DNA of 64,000 nucleotides from Escherichia coli (GTDB lineage Bacteria; Pseudomonadota; Gammaproteobacteria; Enterobacterales; Enterobacteriaceae): NCBI RefSeq assembly GCF_024223415.1, contig NZ_CP100500.1; one strand, 5' to 3'. Shown piece by piece: positions 1 to 10,373 of this stretch (position 1 is its first letter; each line of letters starts with the position of its first letter). The notes under the pieces were generated by a model. It saw only the letters and a program-made list of their open reading frames with translations, ran no database searches and was not told where the DNA came from. The position numbers and the translations under genes were made by a program.

Positions 1-2053
1 AATAAAAACAAAGATCAATGAAGGCGGTACGCTGACAGTCAACGATAATGGCAAAGCGACAGATATCGTCCAGAACAGCGGTGCCGCTCTCCAGACGAGC
101 ACGGCTAACGGTATTGAAATCAGCGGTACTCACCAGTACGGTACTTTTTCCATTTCCGGCAATTTAGCGACCAATATGTTGCTGGAAAATGGCGGTAATT
201 TATTGGTATTAGCAGGTACCGAAGCTCGCGACTCCACGGTTGGCAAGGGTGGGGCAATGCAAAACCTGGGTCAGGACTCCGCCACAAAGGTTAACTCTGG
301 CGGGCAATATACCCTTGGGCGGTCAAAAGATGAGTTTCAGGCTCTGGCCCGGGCAGAAGATCTCCAGGTCGCTGGCGGTACGGCAATCGTCTACGCAGGT
401 ACGCTGGCGGATGCATCGGTCAGTGGCGCGACAGGAAGCCTGTCGTTAATGACGCCACGGGATAATGTTACGCCAGTTAAACTCGAAGGGGCGGTCCGGA
501 TTACCGATAGCGCGACATTGACTCTGGGAAATGGCGTCGATACCACGCTTGCCGACCTGACGGCTGCCAGCCGGGGCAGTGTCTGGCTTAACAGCAATAA
601 TTCCTGTGCAGGTACCAGCAACTGCGAATATAGAGTAAACAGTTTGCTACTCAACGACGGTGATGTTTATTTGTCAGCACAAACAGCAGCGCCTGCCACA
701 ACTAACGGTATCTACAATACGCTGACAACCAATGAACTTTCCGGTAGCGGTAATTTCTACCTGCATACCAACGTTGCAGGCTCCCGGGGCGATCAACTGG
801 TCGTCAACAACAACGCCACTGGTAATTTTAAAATCTTTGTTCAGGATACCGGCGTCAGCCCACAGTCTGACGACGCGATGACGCTGGTGAAAACAGGGGG
901 AGGGGATGCTTCGTTTACGCTGGGCAATACCGGCGGTTTCGTTGATCTTGGGACCTATGAGTATGTCCTGAAAAGTGACGGCAACAGCAACTGGAACCTG
1001 ACCAATGATGTCAAACCCAACCCGGATCCCAACCCAAATCCCAACCCAAATCCGAAGCCGGATCCAAAACCAGACCCAAAACCGGATCCGAAACCAGACC
1101 CGACTCCCGATCCAACGCCGACACCCGTTCCGGAGAAACGCATCACGCCTTCTACCGCAGCCGTACTCAATATGGCAGCAACATTACCGTTGGTATTTGA
1201 TGCTGAGCTAAACAGTATTCGCGAGCGGTTGAACATAATGAAAGCGAGTCCACACAACAATAATGTCTGGGGGGCGACGTATAACACCCGTAATAATGTC
1301 ACCACCGATGCGGGGGCCGGGTTTGAGCAGACGCTGACCGGAATGACAGTGGGGATCGACAGCCGTAATGATATTCCTGAAGGAATTGCCACGCTGGGCG
1401 CTTTTATGGGTTATTCCCATTCACATATCGGTTTTGATCGCGGAGGACATGGCAGTGTGGGCAGTTATTCTCTGGGCGGCTATGCCAGTTGGGAACATGA
1501 AAGTGGTTTCTATCTGGACGGTGTCGTGAAGCTGAACCGTTTTGAAAGTAACGTAGCCGGTAAAATGAGCAGCGGTGGAGCCGCCAATGGCAGTTACCAC
1601 AGCAACGGGCTGGGCGGTCACATTGAAACCGGGATGCGATTTACCGATGGTAACTGGAACCTGACGCCGTATGCATCGTTAACGGGGTTCACCGCTGATA
1701 ACCCCGAATATCATTTATCCAATGGCATGAAATCGAAATCAGTCGATACCCGCAGTATATATCGTGAACTGGGGGCAACGCTGAGTTACAACATGCGTCT
1801 GGGGAACGGTATGGAAGTTGAGCCGTGGCTGAAGGCGGCTGTGCGCAAAGAATTTGTCGATGATAACCGGGTGAAGGTGAATAATGACGGTAATTTCGTC
1901 AATGATTTGTCGGGCAGACGTGGAATATACCAGGCAGGTATTAAAGCCTCATTCAGCAGTACGTTAAGCGGGCATCTCGGGGTGGGGTATAGCAACGGTG
2001 CCGATGTGGAATCCCCGTGGAACGCAGTGGCTGGTGTGAACTGGTCGTTCTGA
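1..2053 (+). CDS. ypjA: Autotransporter adhesin, C-terminal part (5' end lies outside the window): Gly/Asn/Thr-rich passenger, Pro-rich linker, beta-barrel translocator
   Basis: The reading frame is open from position 2 to TGA at 2051-2053 and ends ...NWSF (aromatic terminus typical of autotransporter barrels). Symbol is inferred from position: it ends about 160 bp from the ssrA 3' end, as ypjA does just beyond CP4-57 in K-12. Confidence 0.8.
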   Translation, partial: IKTKINEGGTLTVNDNGKATDIVQNSGAALQTSTANGIEISGTHQYGTFSISGNLATNMLLENGGNLLVLAGTEARDSTVGKGGAMQNLGQDSATKVNSGGQYTLGRSKDEFQALARAEDLQVAGGTAIVYAGTLADASVSGATGSLSLMTPRDNVTPVKLEGAVRITDSATLTLGNGVDTTLADLTAASRGSVWLNSNNSCAGTSNCEYRVNSLLLNDGDVYLSAQTAAPATTNGIYNTLTTNELSGSGNFYLHTNVAGSRGDQLVVNNNATGNFKIFVQDTGVSPQSDDAMTLVKTGGGDASFTLGNTGGFVDLGTYEYVLKSDGNSNWNLTNDVKPNPDPNPNPNPNPKPDPKPDPKPDPKPDPTPDPTPTPVPEKRITPSTAAVLNMAATLPLVFDAELNSIRERLNIMKASPHNNNVWGATYNTRNNVTTDAGAGFEQTLTGMTVGIDSRNDIPEGIATLGAFMGYSHSHIGFDRGGHGSVGSYSLGGYASWEHESGFYLDGVVKLNRFESNVAGKMSSGGAANGSYHSNGLGGHIETGMRFTDGNWNLTPYASLTGFTADNPEYHLSNGMKSKSVDTRSIYRELGATLSYNMRLGNGMEVEPWLKAAVRKEFVDDNRVKVNNDGNFVNDLSGRRGIYQAGIKASFSSTLSGHLGVGYSNGADVESPWNAVAGVNWSF
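1016..1132 (+). repeat. In-frame tandem dipeptide repeat encoding PNPDPNPNPNPNPKPDPKPDPKPDPKPDPTPDPTPTPVP (linker)
   Basis: Direct reading of codons 1016-1132: repeated CCN-AAY/GAY/AAR units with 6-12 nt periodicity. Confidence 0.85.
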
Positions 2054-2063
2054 CCATCAACGA

Positions 2064-2087
2064 AAAAGCCCACATCTGTGGGCTTTC
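2064..2087. terminator. GC-rich hairpin (GCCCACA-TC-TGTGGGC) between the convergent autotransporter gene and ssrA; likely bidirectional terminator
   Basis: Inverted repeat flanked by an A-run on the left and a short T-run on the right; on the minus strand it is followed by TTTTTCG. Confidence 0.5.
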
Positions 2088-2213
2088 ATGTCGCCAGGAG
2101 CCGCGGCTCCTTTGCGTATCCTTTTTTGTCTCCTCACCGTCTGGTCGGCGTCCTGCTGAGACTTCTAACTTCCTGTTTTTGTTGGTGTTGTCCTTACACC
2201 GTCCAATCATGAT

Positions 2214-2576
2214 TGGTGGAGCTGGCGGGAGTTGAACCCGCGTCCGAAATTCCTACGTCCTCGGTACTACATGCTTAGTCAGTCTTTACATTCGCTTGCC
2301 AGCTGCGGACGGACACGCCACTAACAAACTAGCCTGATTAAGTTTTAACGCTTCAACCCCAGGCAGGGCTTCCACGCGATCTCTTTTGGGTTTGACCTCT
2401 CTTGATCCCCGTCCTAAGAGCGGAGGCTAGGGAGAGAGGGCTCTAAGCAGGTTATTAAGCTGCTAAAGCGTAGTTTTCGTCGTTTGCGACTATTTTTTGC
2501 GGCTTTTTACGAGGCCAACCGCCCCTCGGCATGCACCTTGGGTTTCGCAAATCCCGTCGAATCCAGAATCAGCCCC
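2214..2576 (-). ncRNA. ssrA: tmRNA (transfer-messenger RNA, SsrA), 363 nt
   Basis: Reverse complement matches E. coli tmRNA from 5' GGGGCUGAUUCUGGAUUCGACGGG to 3' ...GGGUUCAACUCCCGCCAGCUCCACCA, including the ANDENYALAA tag-coding region. Confidence 0.97.
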
Positions 2577-2790
2577 AATGTGTAACGGCAAGTATACCAG
2601 ATTTATGAGCGCTATGACCAGCCTCAATGGCGTTATCGTTAAAGATTTAGCACCCATGTAGCCTGATTTTTATTCGATTAAGCAATGGGATGGCAACATT
2701 TTTGTCGGATGTGATAGCCAATAAGATGTTCATTCGCGCCGCCGGAGAGGGAGGCGCGGTGAGGAACTGGTCAAGAATTGGAGTGCAGGT

Positions 2791-3273
2791 TTAACGGTGG
2801 GCGTTTTTCATGATACGCGCTTTATCCACCTGCCATTCGCGCTCTTTGATATCTGAACGTTTATCGTGCTGTTTCTTACCTTTGGCGACGCCGATTTTCA
2901 CTTTGCACCAGGCATTTTTCCAGTACAGGGAGAGCGCCACTACAGTATAGCCTTCTCGATTGACGCGACCGTACAATGAGTCCAGTTCGCGCTGGTTGAG
3001 AAGTAACTTGCGGGTACGGGTAGGGTCGCACACCACATGCGTGGAGGCCACGGCCATTGGCGTGATGTTAGCGCCAAACAGAAATGCCTCTCCGTCACGC
3101 AGAAGGACGTAGCTGTCGCTGATATTGGCTTTTCCTGCGCGCAGGGATTTAACTTCCCAGCCTTGCAGGGCAAGTCCCGCTTCGAACTCTTCTTCGATAA
3201 AGTATTCGTGACGGGCGCGCTTGTTAAGCGCGATGGTCGCTGAACCAGGTTTATGTGCTTTTTTCTTCGTCAT
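2791..3273 (-). CDS. smpB: SsrA-binding protein SmpB
   Basis: 160-aa [51 protein letters not shown]... immediately upstream of ssrA. Confidence 0.95.
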
Positions 3274-3404
3274 AAGCGTCGTGAATCATCGGTAATCTGA
3301 AATCGAAAACACCCCATATCAATCCTGCGGGGGACAAGGCTCTATCTTAGCATGAACCCGATGTTACCCAGCGCCGGGATAGCGTTTTTTTTACAGCAGG
3401 ATAA

Positions 3405-3881
3405 ATGATATTATTTGTTGGATTTTTGTTGATGGAAATTGTTATGCCTCAGATTAGCCGGACCGCACTGGTACCCTACAGCGCGGAGCAAATGTATCAG
3501 TTAGTGAATGACGTTCAGTCTTATCCTCAGTTTTTGCCGGGTTGTACCGGAAGTCGGATTCTGGAGTCCACTCCTGGGCAGATGACTGCGGCGGTAGATG
3601 TCTCTAAGGCTGGGATCAGCAAAACGTTTACTACCCGCAACCAGTTGACCAGTAACCAAAGTATTCTTATGAATCTGGTGGATGGGCCGTTCAAGAAATT
3701 GATTGGTGGATGGAAGTTTACGCCGCTGAGCCAGGAGGCGTGTCGTATCGAGTTTCATCTCGACTTTGAGTTTACCAATAAGTTGATTGAGCTCGCCTTT
3801 GGTCGCGTGTTTAAAGAGCTGGCGTCTAATATGGTCCAGGCTTTTACGGTTCGTGCGAAAGAGGTTTACAGTGCCAGGTAA
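3405..3881 (+). CDS. ratA: Ribosome association toxin RatA (SRPBCC family, YfjG)
   Basis: 158-aa ORF with ATG start; an alternative internal start MPQISRTAL is at 3444. Confidence 0.85.
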   Translation: MILFVGFLLMEIVMPQISRTALVPYSAEQMYQLVNDVQSYPQFLPGCTGSRILESTPGQMTAAVDVSKAGISKTFTTRNQLTSNQSILMNLVDGPFKKLIGGWKFTPLSQEACRIEFHLDFEFTNKLIELAFGRVFKELASNMVQAFTVRAKEVYSAR

Positions 3882-4161
3882 AATTGCCGTTGAGGTGGCT
3901 TATGCGCTACCTGAGAAGCAGTACCTGCAGCGCGTGACGCTGCAGGAGGGCGCGACGGTTGAAGAAGCTATTCGCGCCAGTGGCTTGCTGGAATTGCGTA
4001 CCGATATCGATTTAACTAAAAACAAAGTCGGCATTTACAGCCGTCCGGCAAAACTAAGCGATAGTGTGCATGATGGCGATCGGGTGGAGATTTATCGCCC
4101 TCTCATTGCCGATCCGAAAGAGCTTCGCAGGCAACGAGCAGAAAAATCAGCGAATAAATAA
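3871..4161 (+). CDS. ratB: RatB (YfjF), 96 aa
   Basis: GTG start at 3871 overlaps the ratA stop (3879-3881); product [22 protein letters not shown]... The track ORF from 3787 is an upstream over-extension. Confidence 0.8.
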
Positions 4162-4222
4162 CGGACAGAAAAAAGGTGCTCATTGAGCACCTTTTTTAAC
4201 GTCTTTGAGAGCAACTTTATTA

Positions 4223-4564
4223 TTAGTTACCACTCAGCGCAGGTTTGTTATCAATATTGGTCAACACACCGCTACTGTTAAAGGTTAGCGTCAGCGTTTG
4301 CTGCGTTACACCTTCATGACCTGGTTGCTGGCGGAAGACATAGAACCAGGTATTCGTACCAAATGGATCGGACATCAGCGGTGTACCCAATGCGTACGCA
4401 ACTTGTTGTTGCGTCATGCCAACACGTATTTTGGATACGTCGTTAGCGGTCAGATAGTTCCCCTGGTTGATGTCAGGACGGTAAACCACTCGCTCCAGAG
4501 TGGAACAGCCTGCGGTCAACATCAATAGTACTGCTGCTGCAGCAGTCAGCGTTTTACAGCGCAT
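4223..4564 (-). CDS. bamE: Outer membrane protein assembly factor BamE (SmpA) lipoprotein
   Basis: 113-aa ORF with lipoprotein signal ...[25 protein letters not shown]. Confidence 0.95.
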
Positions 4565-4712
4565 AGTGATTTGATTCCTTTTCGGGCCCGAGCAGTACGT
4601 GGCTCATCTGTAATATGCCGATGATAATAGACCTTTCATCACTTTAAAACCTTTTGCTTTCCAGTCTTACGGCGTTTTGCTGTTTACTCTGACCGTGAAG
4701 CAGGAAAAAAGT

Positions 4713-6374
4713 TTACGCCGCAAGCAGTTCTTTCGCATTCGCCAGTGTGTTACGTGTGACTTCACTGCCACCAAGCAGGCGCGCCAGCTCTTGTAACCGC
4801 GCTTTTTTATCCAGAGATTGCATATGCGTTTCTGTCATCGCACCATCGGTTTCTTTGCTGACAAAATAGTGTTGATGACCACATCCCGCGACTTGTGGCA
4901 GGTGGGTAACACACATCACCTGAGTTGATTCGCCGAGTTGACGCAGCAGTTTGCCGACAACTGCCGCTGTTGGACCGCTAATCCCTACATCCACTTCATC
5001 AAAAATCAGTGCCGGGGTTTCCATTTTACGCGCGGTAATGACCTGGATTGCCAGTGCGATGCGGGACAATTCACCACCGGATGCGACTTTGGCAATAGGC
5101 TGCATTGGCTGACCTGGGTTGGTGGTTACCCGAAACTCAATACGATCGGCACCGTCAGCGCCCAGGTGATGCTCGTCAAATTTAACATCGATCGTAAACT
5201 GCCCATGCGGCATTGAGAGCGCATGCATACTGTCGGTGATCAGCTGTGCAAGTTCTTCTGCATATTGCTGGCGTTGTTGGTGTAATGCGCGCGCGGTTTC
5301 CAGTGCCTGCTGATGATGTTTCGTTACCGCCAGCGCGAGCGTTTCTTGTGAGTCGGCCTGATCGTCCAGTTGCTGCTGTTCTTCCAGTAGCGACTGGTAA
5401 TACTGTGGTAATGCCTCAGGGCTGACGTGATGTTTACGTGCCAGCGAAATCTGTTTTGAGATGCGTTGTTCAAGTTCAAACAGCCGGTTGGGATCGAGAT
5501 CCAGACGATCGCAGTAGTGGCGCAGTTCGTCGCTGGCTTCAACAATCTGGATGGTAGCTTCTTCCAGCATATCAAGTACGCCGGACAGTTTGCTGTCCAT
5601 GCCAATCAATTCGCTCACCAGTTGTTTAGCCGTGTAAAGCTGACTTTGCAGGTTTGCGTCTTCACCGTCGGCCATTAATGCCAATGCATTCTGGCTGGTG
5701 GTCAGCAATTGACCGCTGTTCGCCAGACGTTTGTACTCTTCGTCGATTTGCTCAAACTCTCCGGGCTGCGGATTAAATTCGTTAAGTTCTTTTAATTGGT
5801 ATTGCAGAAGCTCCGCACGGGCGGCGCGTTCCTGACTTAGTTGTTGATGGTGCGCGAGGTCACGGCAGCTTTGATGCCACAACTGATAACGTGCGGTCAT
5901 TTCCTGAAGCAGAGAGGTTTCATTGGCATAGCCATCAAGCAGGAATTTTTGGTGCTCGGGTTTGGTGAGTAACTGATGAGCGTGCTGACCATGGATCTGA
6001 ATCAGCAACTGACCCAGTTCGCGCAGTTGTGACAGAGGAACAGCCGTACCGTTGATGAAACCACGGGAGCGACCATCGCTACTGATTACACGACGAAGTA
6101 GGCATTCACGTCCATCTTCCAGTTGGTTTTCTTCCAGCCAGCGCAGAGCCGCTGGCGTATCTTTCAGTGAAAAACGGGCGCACAGGTCAGCGCGAGCAGC
6201 GCCAGTACGCACCATGTCGGCTTCAGCTCGACCACCGAGACAAAGGCCGAGAGCATCTATCGCAATAGATTTACCCGCGCCGGTTTCACCGGTTATTACG
6301 GTCATGCCGCTGTGAAAATCAATCTCAAGCTCACGAACGATAGCAAAGTTGCTGATGGTCAGTTGTGCCAACAT
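4713..6374 (-). CDS. recN: DNA repair protein RecN
   Basis: 553-aa ORF with Walker A (GETGAGKS) and SMC-like coiled coil. Confidence 0.97.
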   Translation of the reverse strand: MLAQLTISNFAIVRELEIDFHSGMTVITGETGAGKSIAIDALGLCLGGRAEADMVRTGAARADLCARFSLKDTPAALRWLEENQLEDGRECLLRRVISSDGRSRGFINGTAVPLSQLRELGQLLIQIHGQHAHQLLTKPEHQKFLLDGYANETSLLQEMTARYQLWHQSCRDLAHHQQLSQERAARAELLQYQLKELNEFNPQPGEFEQIDEEYKRLANSGQLLTTSQNALALMADGEDANLQSQLYTAKQLVSELIGMDSKLSGVLDMLEEATIQIVEASDELRHYCDRLDLDPNRLFELEQRISKQISLARKHHVSPEALPQYYQSLLEEQQQLDDQADSQETLALAVTKHHQQALETARALHQQRQQYAEELAQLITDSMHALSMPHGQFTIDVKFDEHHLGADGADRIEFRVTTNPGQPMQPIAKVASGGELSRIALAIQVITARKMETPALIFDEVDVGISGPTAAVVGKLLRQLGESTQVMCVTHLPQVAGCGHQHYFVSKETDGAMTETHMQSLDKKARLQELARLLGGSEVTRNTLANAKELLAA

Positions 6375-6400
6375 AGTCGTTTTCCTGTATGAAAAACCAT

Positions 6401-6442
6401 TACTGTTATTGTGTACAGTATAAACTGGTTTTATATACAGTA
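6401..6442 (-). promoter_or_regulatory. Two LexA (SOS) boxes upstream of recN
   Basis: TACTGTTATTGTGTACAGTA at 6401-6420 and AACTGGTTTTATATACAGTA at 6423-6442 fit CTGT-N8-ACAG, 27-68 bp upstream of the recN start. Confidence 0.7.
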
Positions 6443-6459
6443 AAGAGGCTGGTGCAAAA

Positions 6460-7338
6460 TTAGAATAATTTTTTTGACCAGCCGAGCTTTGTGCTTAATG
6501 TGTTGAAATAGCTATAGTCTTTTGGGTGAATTAGATTCAGATGGTAATCACAGCGACGAATCAAGACATCTTCACCTTCCTGAATCGGCAGGGCTATCTG
6601 GCTGTCGCAACTGATTTCCAGGTCATTACGGCGATGCGAAAAACGCAGACGGATAGTGCTGCTGCTGTTTATCACCAGCGGTCGTGCTGACAACGTATGC
6701 GGGAACATGGGCACGAGGGTAATTGCATCCAGAGAAGGCGTCAGGATTGGACCGCCTGCCGAGAGGGAATAGGCGGTGGAGCCTGTAGGTGTCGAAATAA
6801 TTAGGCCATCGGAACGCTGAGAAAACGCAAAGATCTCGTCGATATACACTTCGAACTCAATCATATGCGCCACTTTGCCAGGGTGAAGTACCACTTCGTT
6901 AATCGCCGTGCTGATGCGTTTCTGGCAATCTTGCTGGCAGACTTGCGCTTCCAGCAAAAAACGTTTTTCGCTGATGTAGTGGCCTTCCAGCACATCGGCT
7001 AACTGTTGCTGGGCGTTATCGGGGTCTAGGTCGGTCAGGAAACCCAGGTTGCCACGGTTAATGCCGATAACTTTAATATCGTAGCGGGCGAGCGTGCGCG
7101 CTGCGCCGAGCATATTACCGTCGCCACCAACAACTACCGCGAGATCAGCCAGTTGCCCAATCTCCGCGAGCGTGCCAGTTTTCACATTCTTCAGTTGCAG
7201 TTCGTGAGCGATTTGTTGCTCAACGATGACCTCGTAACCTTTTGTGCACAGCCAGCGGTAGAGCATTTCATGTGTTGTCAGTGCAGTAGGGTGCCGTGGG
7301 TGTCCCACAATGCCAATACACTTGAAATGATTATTCAT
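6460..7338 (-). CDS. nadK: NAD kinase
   Basis: 292-aa ORF with the GGDGN motif ([14 protein letters not shown]). Confidence 0.95.
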
Positions 7339-7427
7339 TTTTCCGAGGTCCTTGTTGCGAAGATTGATGACAATGTGAGTGCTTCCCTTGAAACCCTGAA
7401 ACTGATCCCCATAATAAGCGAAGTTAG

Positions 7428-8054
<627 letters not shown>

Positions 8055-8108
8055 TTTCTGTTTTCGTAATAATTCACGGCCCTGCATGCGAATGCAGGGC
8101 CGTTTTCG

Positions 8109-9395
8109 TTACTCCGCCACACTCTCGCGCAGCGGTTTCACAGGAAAAACTTTTACCTGCTTAATCATATTGTCCTGTACGTCGAGAATATCTATATCGT
8201 ACTCGCCAATACGCACGCGGGTGCCTGCGACAGGGATCTCTTCCAGTGCCTCAAGAATGACGCCATTAACCGTGCGGGCATCATCTTCCGGTAGATGCCA
8301 GTTAAAGGCTTTGTTGATTTCCCGCACGTTGGCGGTGCCATCGATAATCACCGAACCGTCGTTTTGCGGCGTGACCTCTTCGGCAAGTGTTGGCGACATC
8401 GACGTAGTGAAATCGCCGACAATCTCTTCCAGAATATCTTCAACCGTCACCAGCCCCTGAATGTCTCCATACTCGTTGACGACCAGGCCGACTTTCTTTT
8501 TGTTGCGCTGAAACTTTACCAACTGCGTGCTGAGCGGCGTACCTTCCGGCACAAAATAGATCTCGTCCGCGGCGCGCAGCATGGTTTCTTTGGTGAACTC
8601 TTTTTTCTCCGACATCAACCGCCAGGCTTCACGTACTCGCAGCATACTGATGGCGTCGTCCAGCGAATCACGGTAGAGCACGATGCGCCCGTGAGGTGAG
8701 TGGGAGAGTTGGCGCAGAATAGATTTCCAGTCATCGTTGATATCAATACCGATAATTTCACTGCGCGGCACCATGATGTCATCAACGGTCATTTTTTCCA
8801 GATCGAGCACCGACAGCAGCATATCCTGATTGCGACGGGAAATTTGTGAGCGCGATTCGTGCACGATAGTGCGCAACTCTTCTTTGCTCAAAGAGCCGCT
8901 GACCACGATATCGGTTTTGATGCCCATAATGCGCATTAACATGCGGGTGATAGCGTTCAGCAACCAGACCAGCGGCATCATCAAAATTTGCAGCGGTGCT
9001 AACAGAATACTACTCGGATAAGCGACTTTTTCCGGGTATAGCGCAGCGATAGTTTTCGGCAACACCTCGGCAAAAACCAGCACCACAAAGGTCAGCACAC
9101 CAGTCGCAATTGCCACGCCCGCATCGCCGTACAAACGCATCCCAACAATAGTGCCGAGCGCGGAGGCAAGAATATTGACCAGGTTATTGCCGATTAACAC
9201 CAGGCTTATCAGGCGGTCTGGCTTACGCAGCAATTTTTCGACGCGTTTGGCCGAGCGATTACCCTGTTTCGCCATATGTCGCAGACGATAGCGGTTCAGG
9301 GTCATCATTCCGGTTTCGGACCCGGAAAAATAGGCTGAAATGACCACCATGATGATCAGAATAATGATCAACGTAGTAGTAGAAATGTGTTCCAG
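8109..9395 (-). CDS. yfjD: CNNM/CorC-family inner membrane protein YfjD (DUF21-CBS-CorC domains)
   Basis: The track ORF begins at TTG 9371. There is no in-frame ATG/GTG; an in-frame CTG at 9395 lies 6 nt after AAGGAG and would give MEHISTTT-LIIILIIM..., so the start is uncertain (9371 or 9395). Confidence 0.85.
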   Translation of the reverse strand: MEHISTTTLIIILIIMVVISAYFSGSETGMMTLNRYRLRHMAKQGNRSAKRVEKLLRKPDRLISLVLIGNNLVNILASALGTIVGMRLYGDAGVAIATGVLTFVVLVFAEVLPKTIAALYPEKVAYPSSILLAPLQILMMPLVWLLNAITRMLMRIMGIKTDIVVSGSLSKEELRTIVHESRSQISRRNQDMLLSVLDLEKMTVDDIMVPRSEIIGIDINDDWKSILRQLSHSPHGRIVLYRDSLDDAISMLRVREAWRLMSEKKEFTKETMLRAADEIYFVPEGTPLSTQLVKFQRNKKKVGLVVNEYGDIQGLVTVEDILEEIVGDFTTSMSPTLAEEVTPQNDGSVIIDGTANVREINKAFNWHLPEDDARTVNGVILEALEEIPVAGTRVRIGEYDIDILDVQDNMIKQVKVFPVKPLRESVAE

Positions 9396-9415
9396 GGGAA
9401 ACTCCTTTTCTGGGT

Positions 9416-10207
9416 TTAGCTGATTAACTGCTGGACAATTCGGCTGCCGAAGTAGGCCAGTGTCAGAATGACTGCACCCGCAACGTTAAACCAGACGACG
9501 CGGCGTCCACGCCATCCTTCATGGTAATGTCCCCACAGCAGCACAATATAGACAAACCACGCCACGATAGAGAGCACAGCCTTGTCGATATTTTCCATGC
9601 TAAATAGGTTGTGCATGTAGAACAGGCCAGTGCAAAGCGTGAGCGTTAGCAGCACCACGCCAATCTGCGTGATGTGGAACATTTTACGCTCGATACTCAT
9701 CAATGGCGGCATTTCCTGGTTAAACGCCAGCTTCTTGTTCTTCAGTTGGTAATCAATCCACGCCAGTTGCAGCGCGTACAGGGCGGCGATAATTAGCGTG
9801 GCATAGGAAAAGAGCGATAAGCCAATGTGCACCAGCATCCCAGGCGTTGCTTCCAGATGGGTGATGTATTCATTGGGCATGAAGGTCGCCAGCGCCAGGT
9901 TGATAAGCGCAAAGGCATAGACAATGGGTAGCAGCAACCAGCCACGATTGCGAGAAGCCACAATGGTCATTACCGTACAGATCATCAAACTGACCAATGA
10001 ACCAACGTTCAGCAGGCTGAGGTTTTGTCCGCTATCACCGTCGGGCAGGATGCGGGCTTCCAGAGCGATTGCGTGGCAGACCAGCGCAATGACCGCAGAA
10101 ATAATAGCCATGCGCCGCCAGCCGCCGTTTTTTTGCAGCAGACCGGGAACAATCAGCGCAAGACTGACGGAGTAGGCGACAAGCGCGAGCAGAGCAAAAA
10201 CGGGCAT
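9416..10207 (-). CDS. ypjD: Cytochrome c assembly-family inner membrane protein YpjD
   Basis: Start taken at the ATG for MPVFALLALVAYS (263 aa); an in-frame ATG 25 codons upstream (10282) is the alternative. Confidence 0.8.
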   Translation of the reverse strand: MPVFALLALVAYSVSLALIVPGLLQKNGGWRRMAIISAVIALVCHAIALEARILPDGDSGQNLSLLNVGSLVSLMICTVMTIVASRNRGWLLLPIVYAFALINLALATFMPNEYITHLEATPGMLVHIGLSLFSYATLIIAALYALQLAWIDYQLKNKKLAFNQEMPPLMSIERKMFHITQIGVVLLTLTLCTGLFYMHNLFSMENIDKAVLSIVAWFVYIVLLWGHYHEGWRGRRVVWFNVAGAVILTLAYFGSRIVQQLIS

Positions 10208-10373
10208 AGTAATGTCGACAGTTTGAGCAATAAGAAAGAGAAGCAGTATAGCGTCAGGTGAACGCTGCTCCAACCGTTGCATAACAACAAAGACGCCTTC
10301 ATGTTATACTGCGGCAAAATACTGATGATGTGTCGCGATTGCGGCCAACCGTTTCCACCCCAGGCGAGAGACA

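Noticed and set aside
1016-1132. Short-period repeat checked as a possible CRISPR array
   Set aside because: Units are 6-12 nt, in frame inside a coding region and encode a Pro-rich linker; there are no 25-40 nt repeats with unique spacers anywhere in the window.
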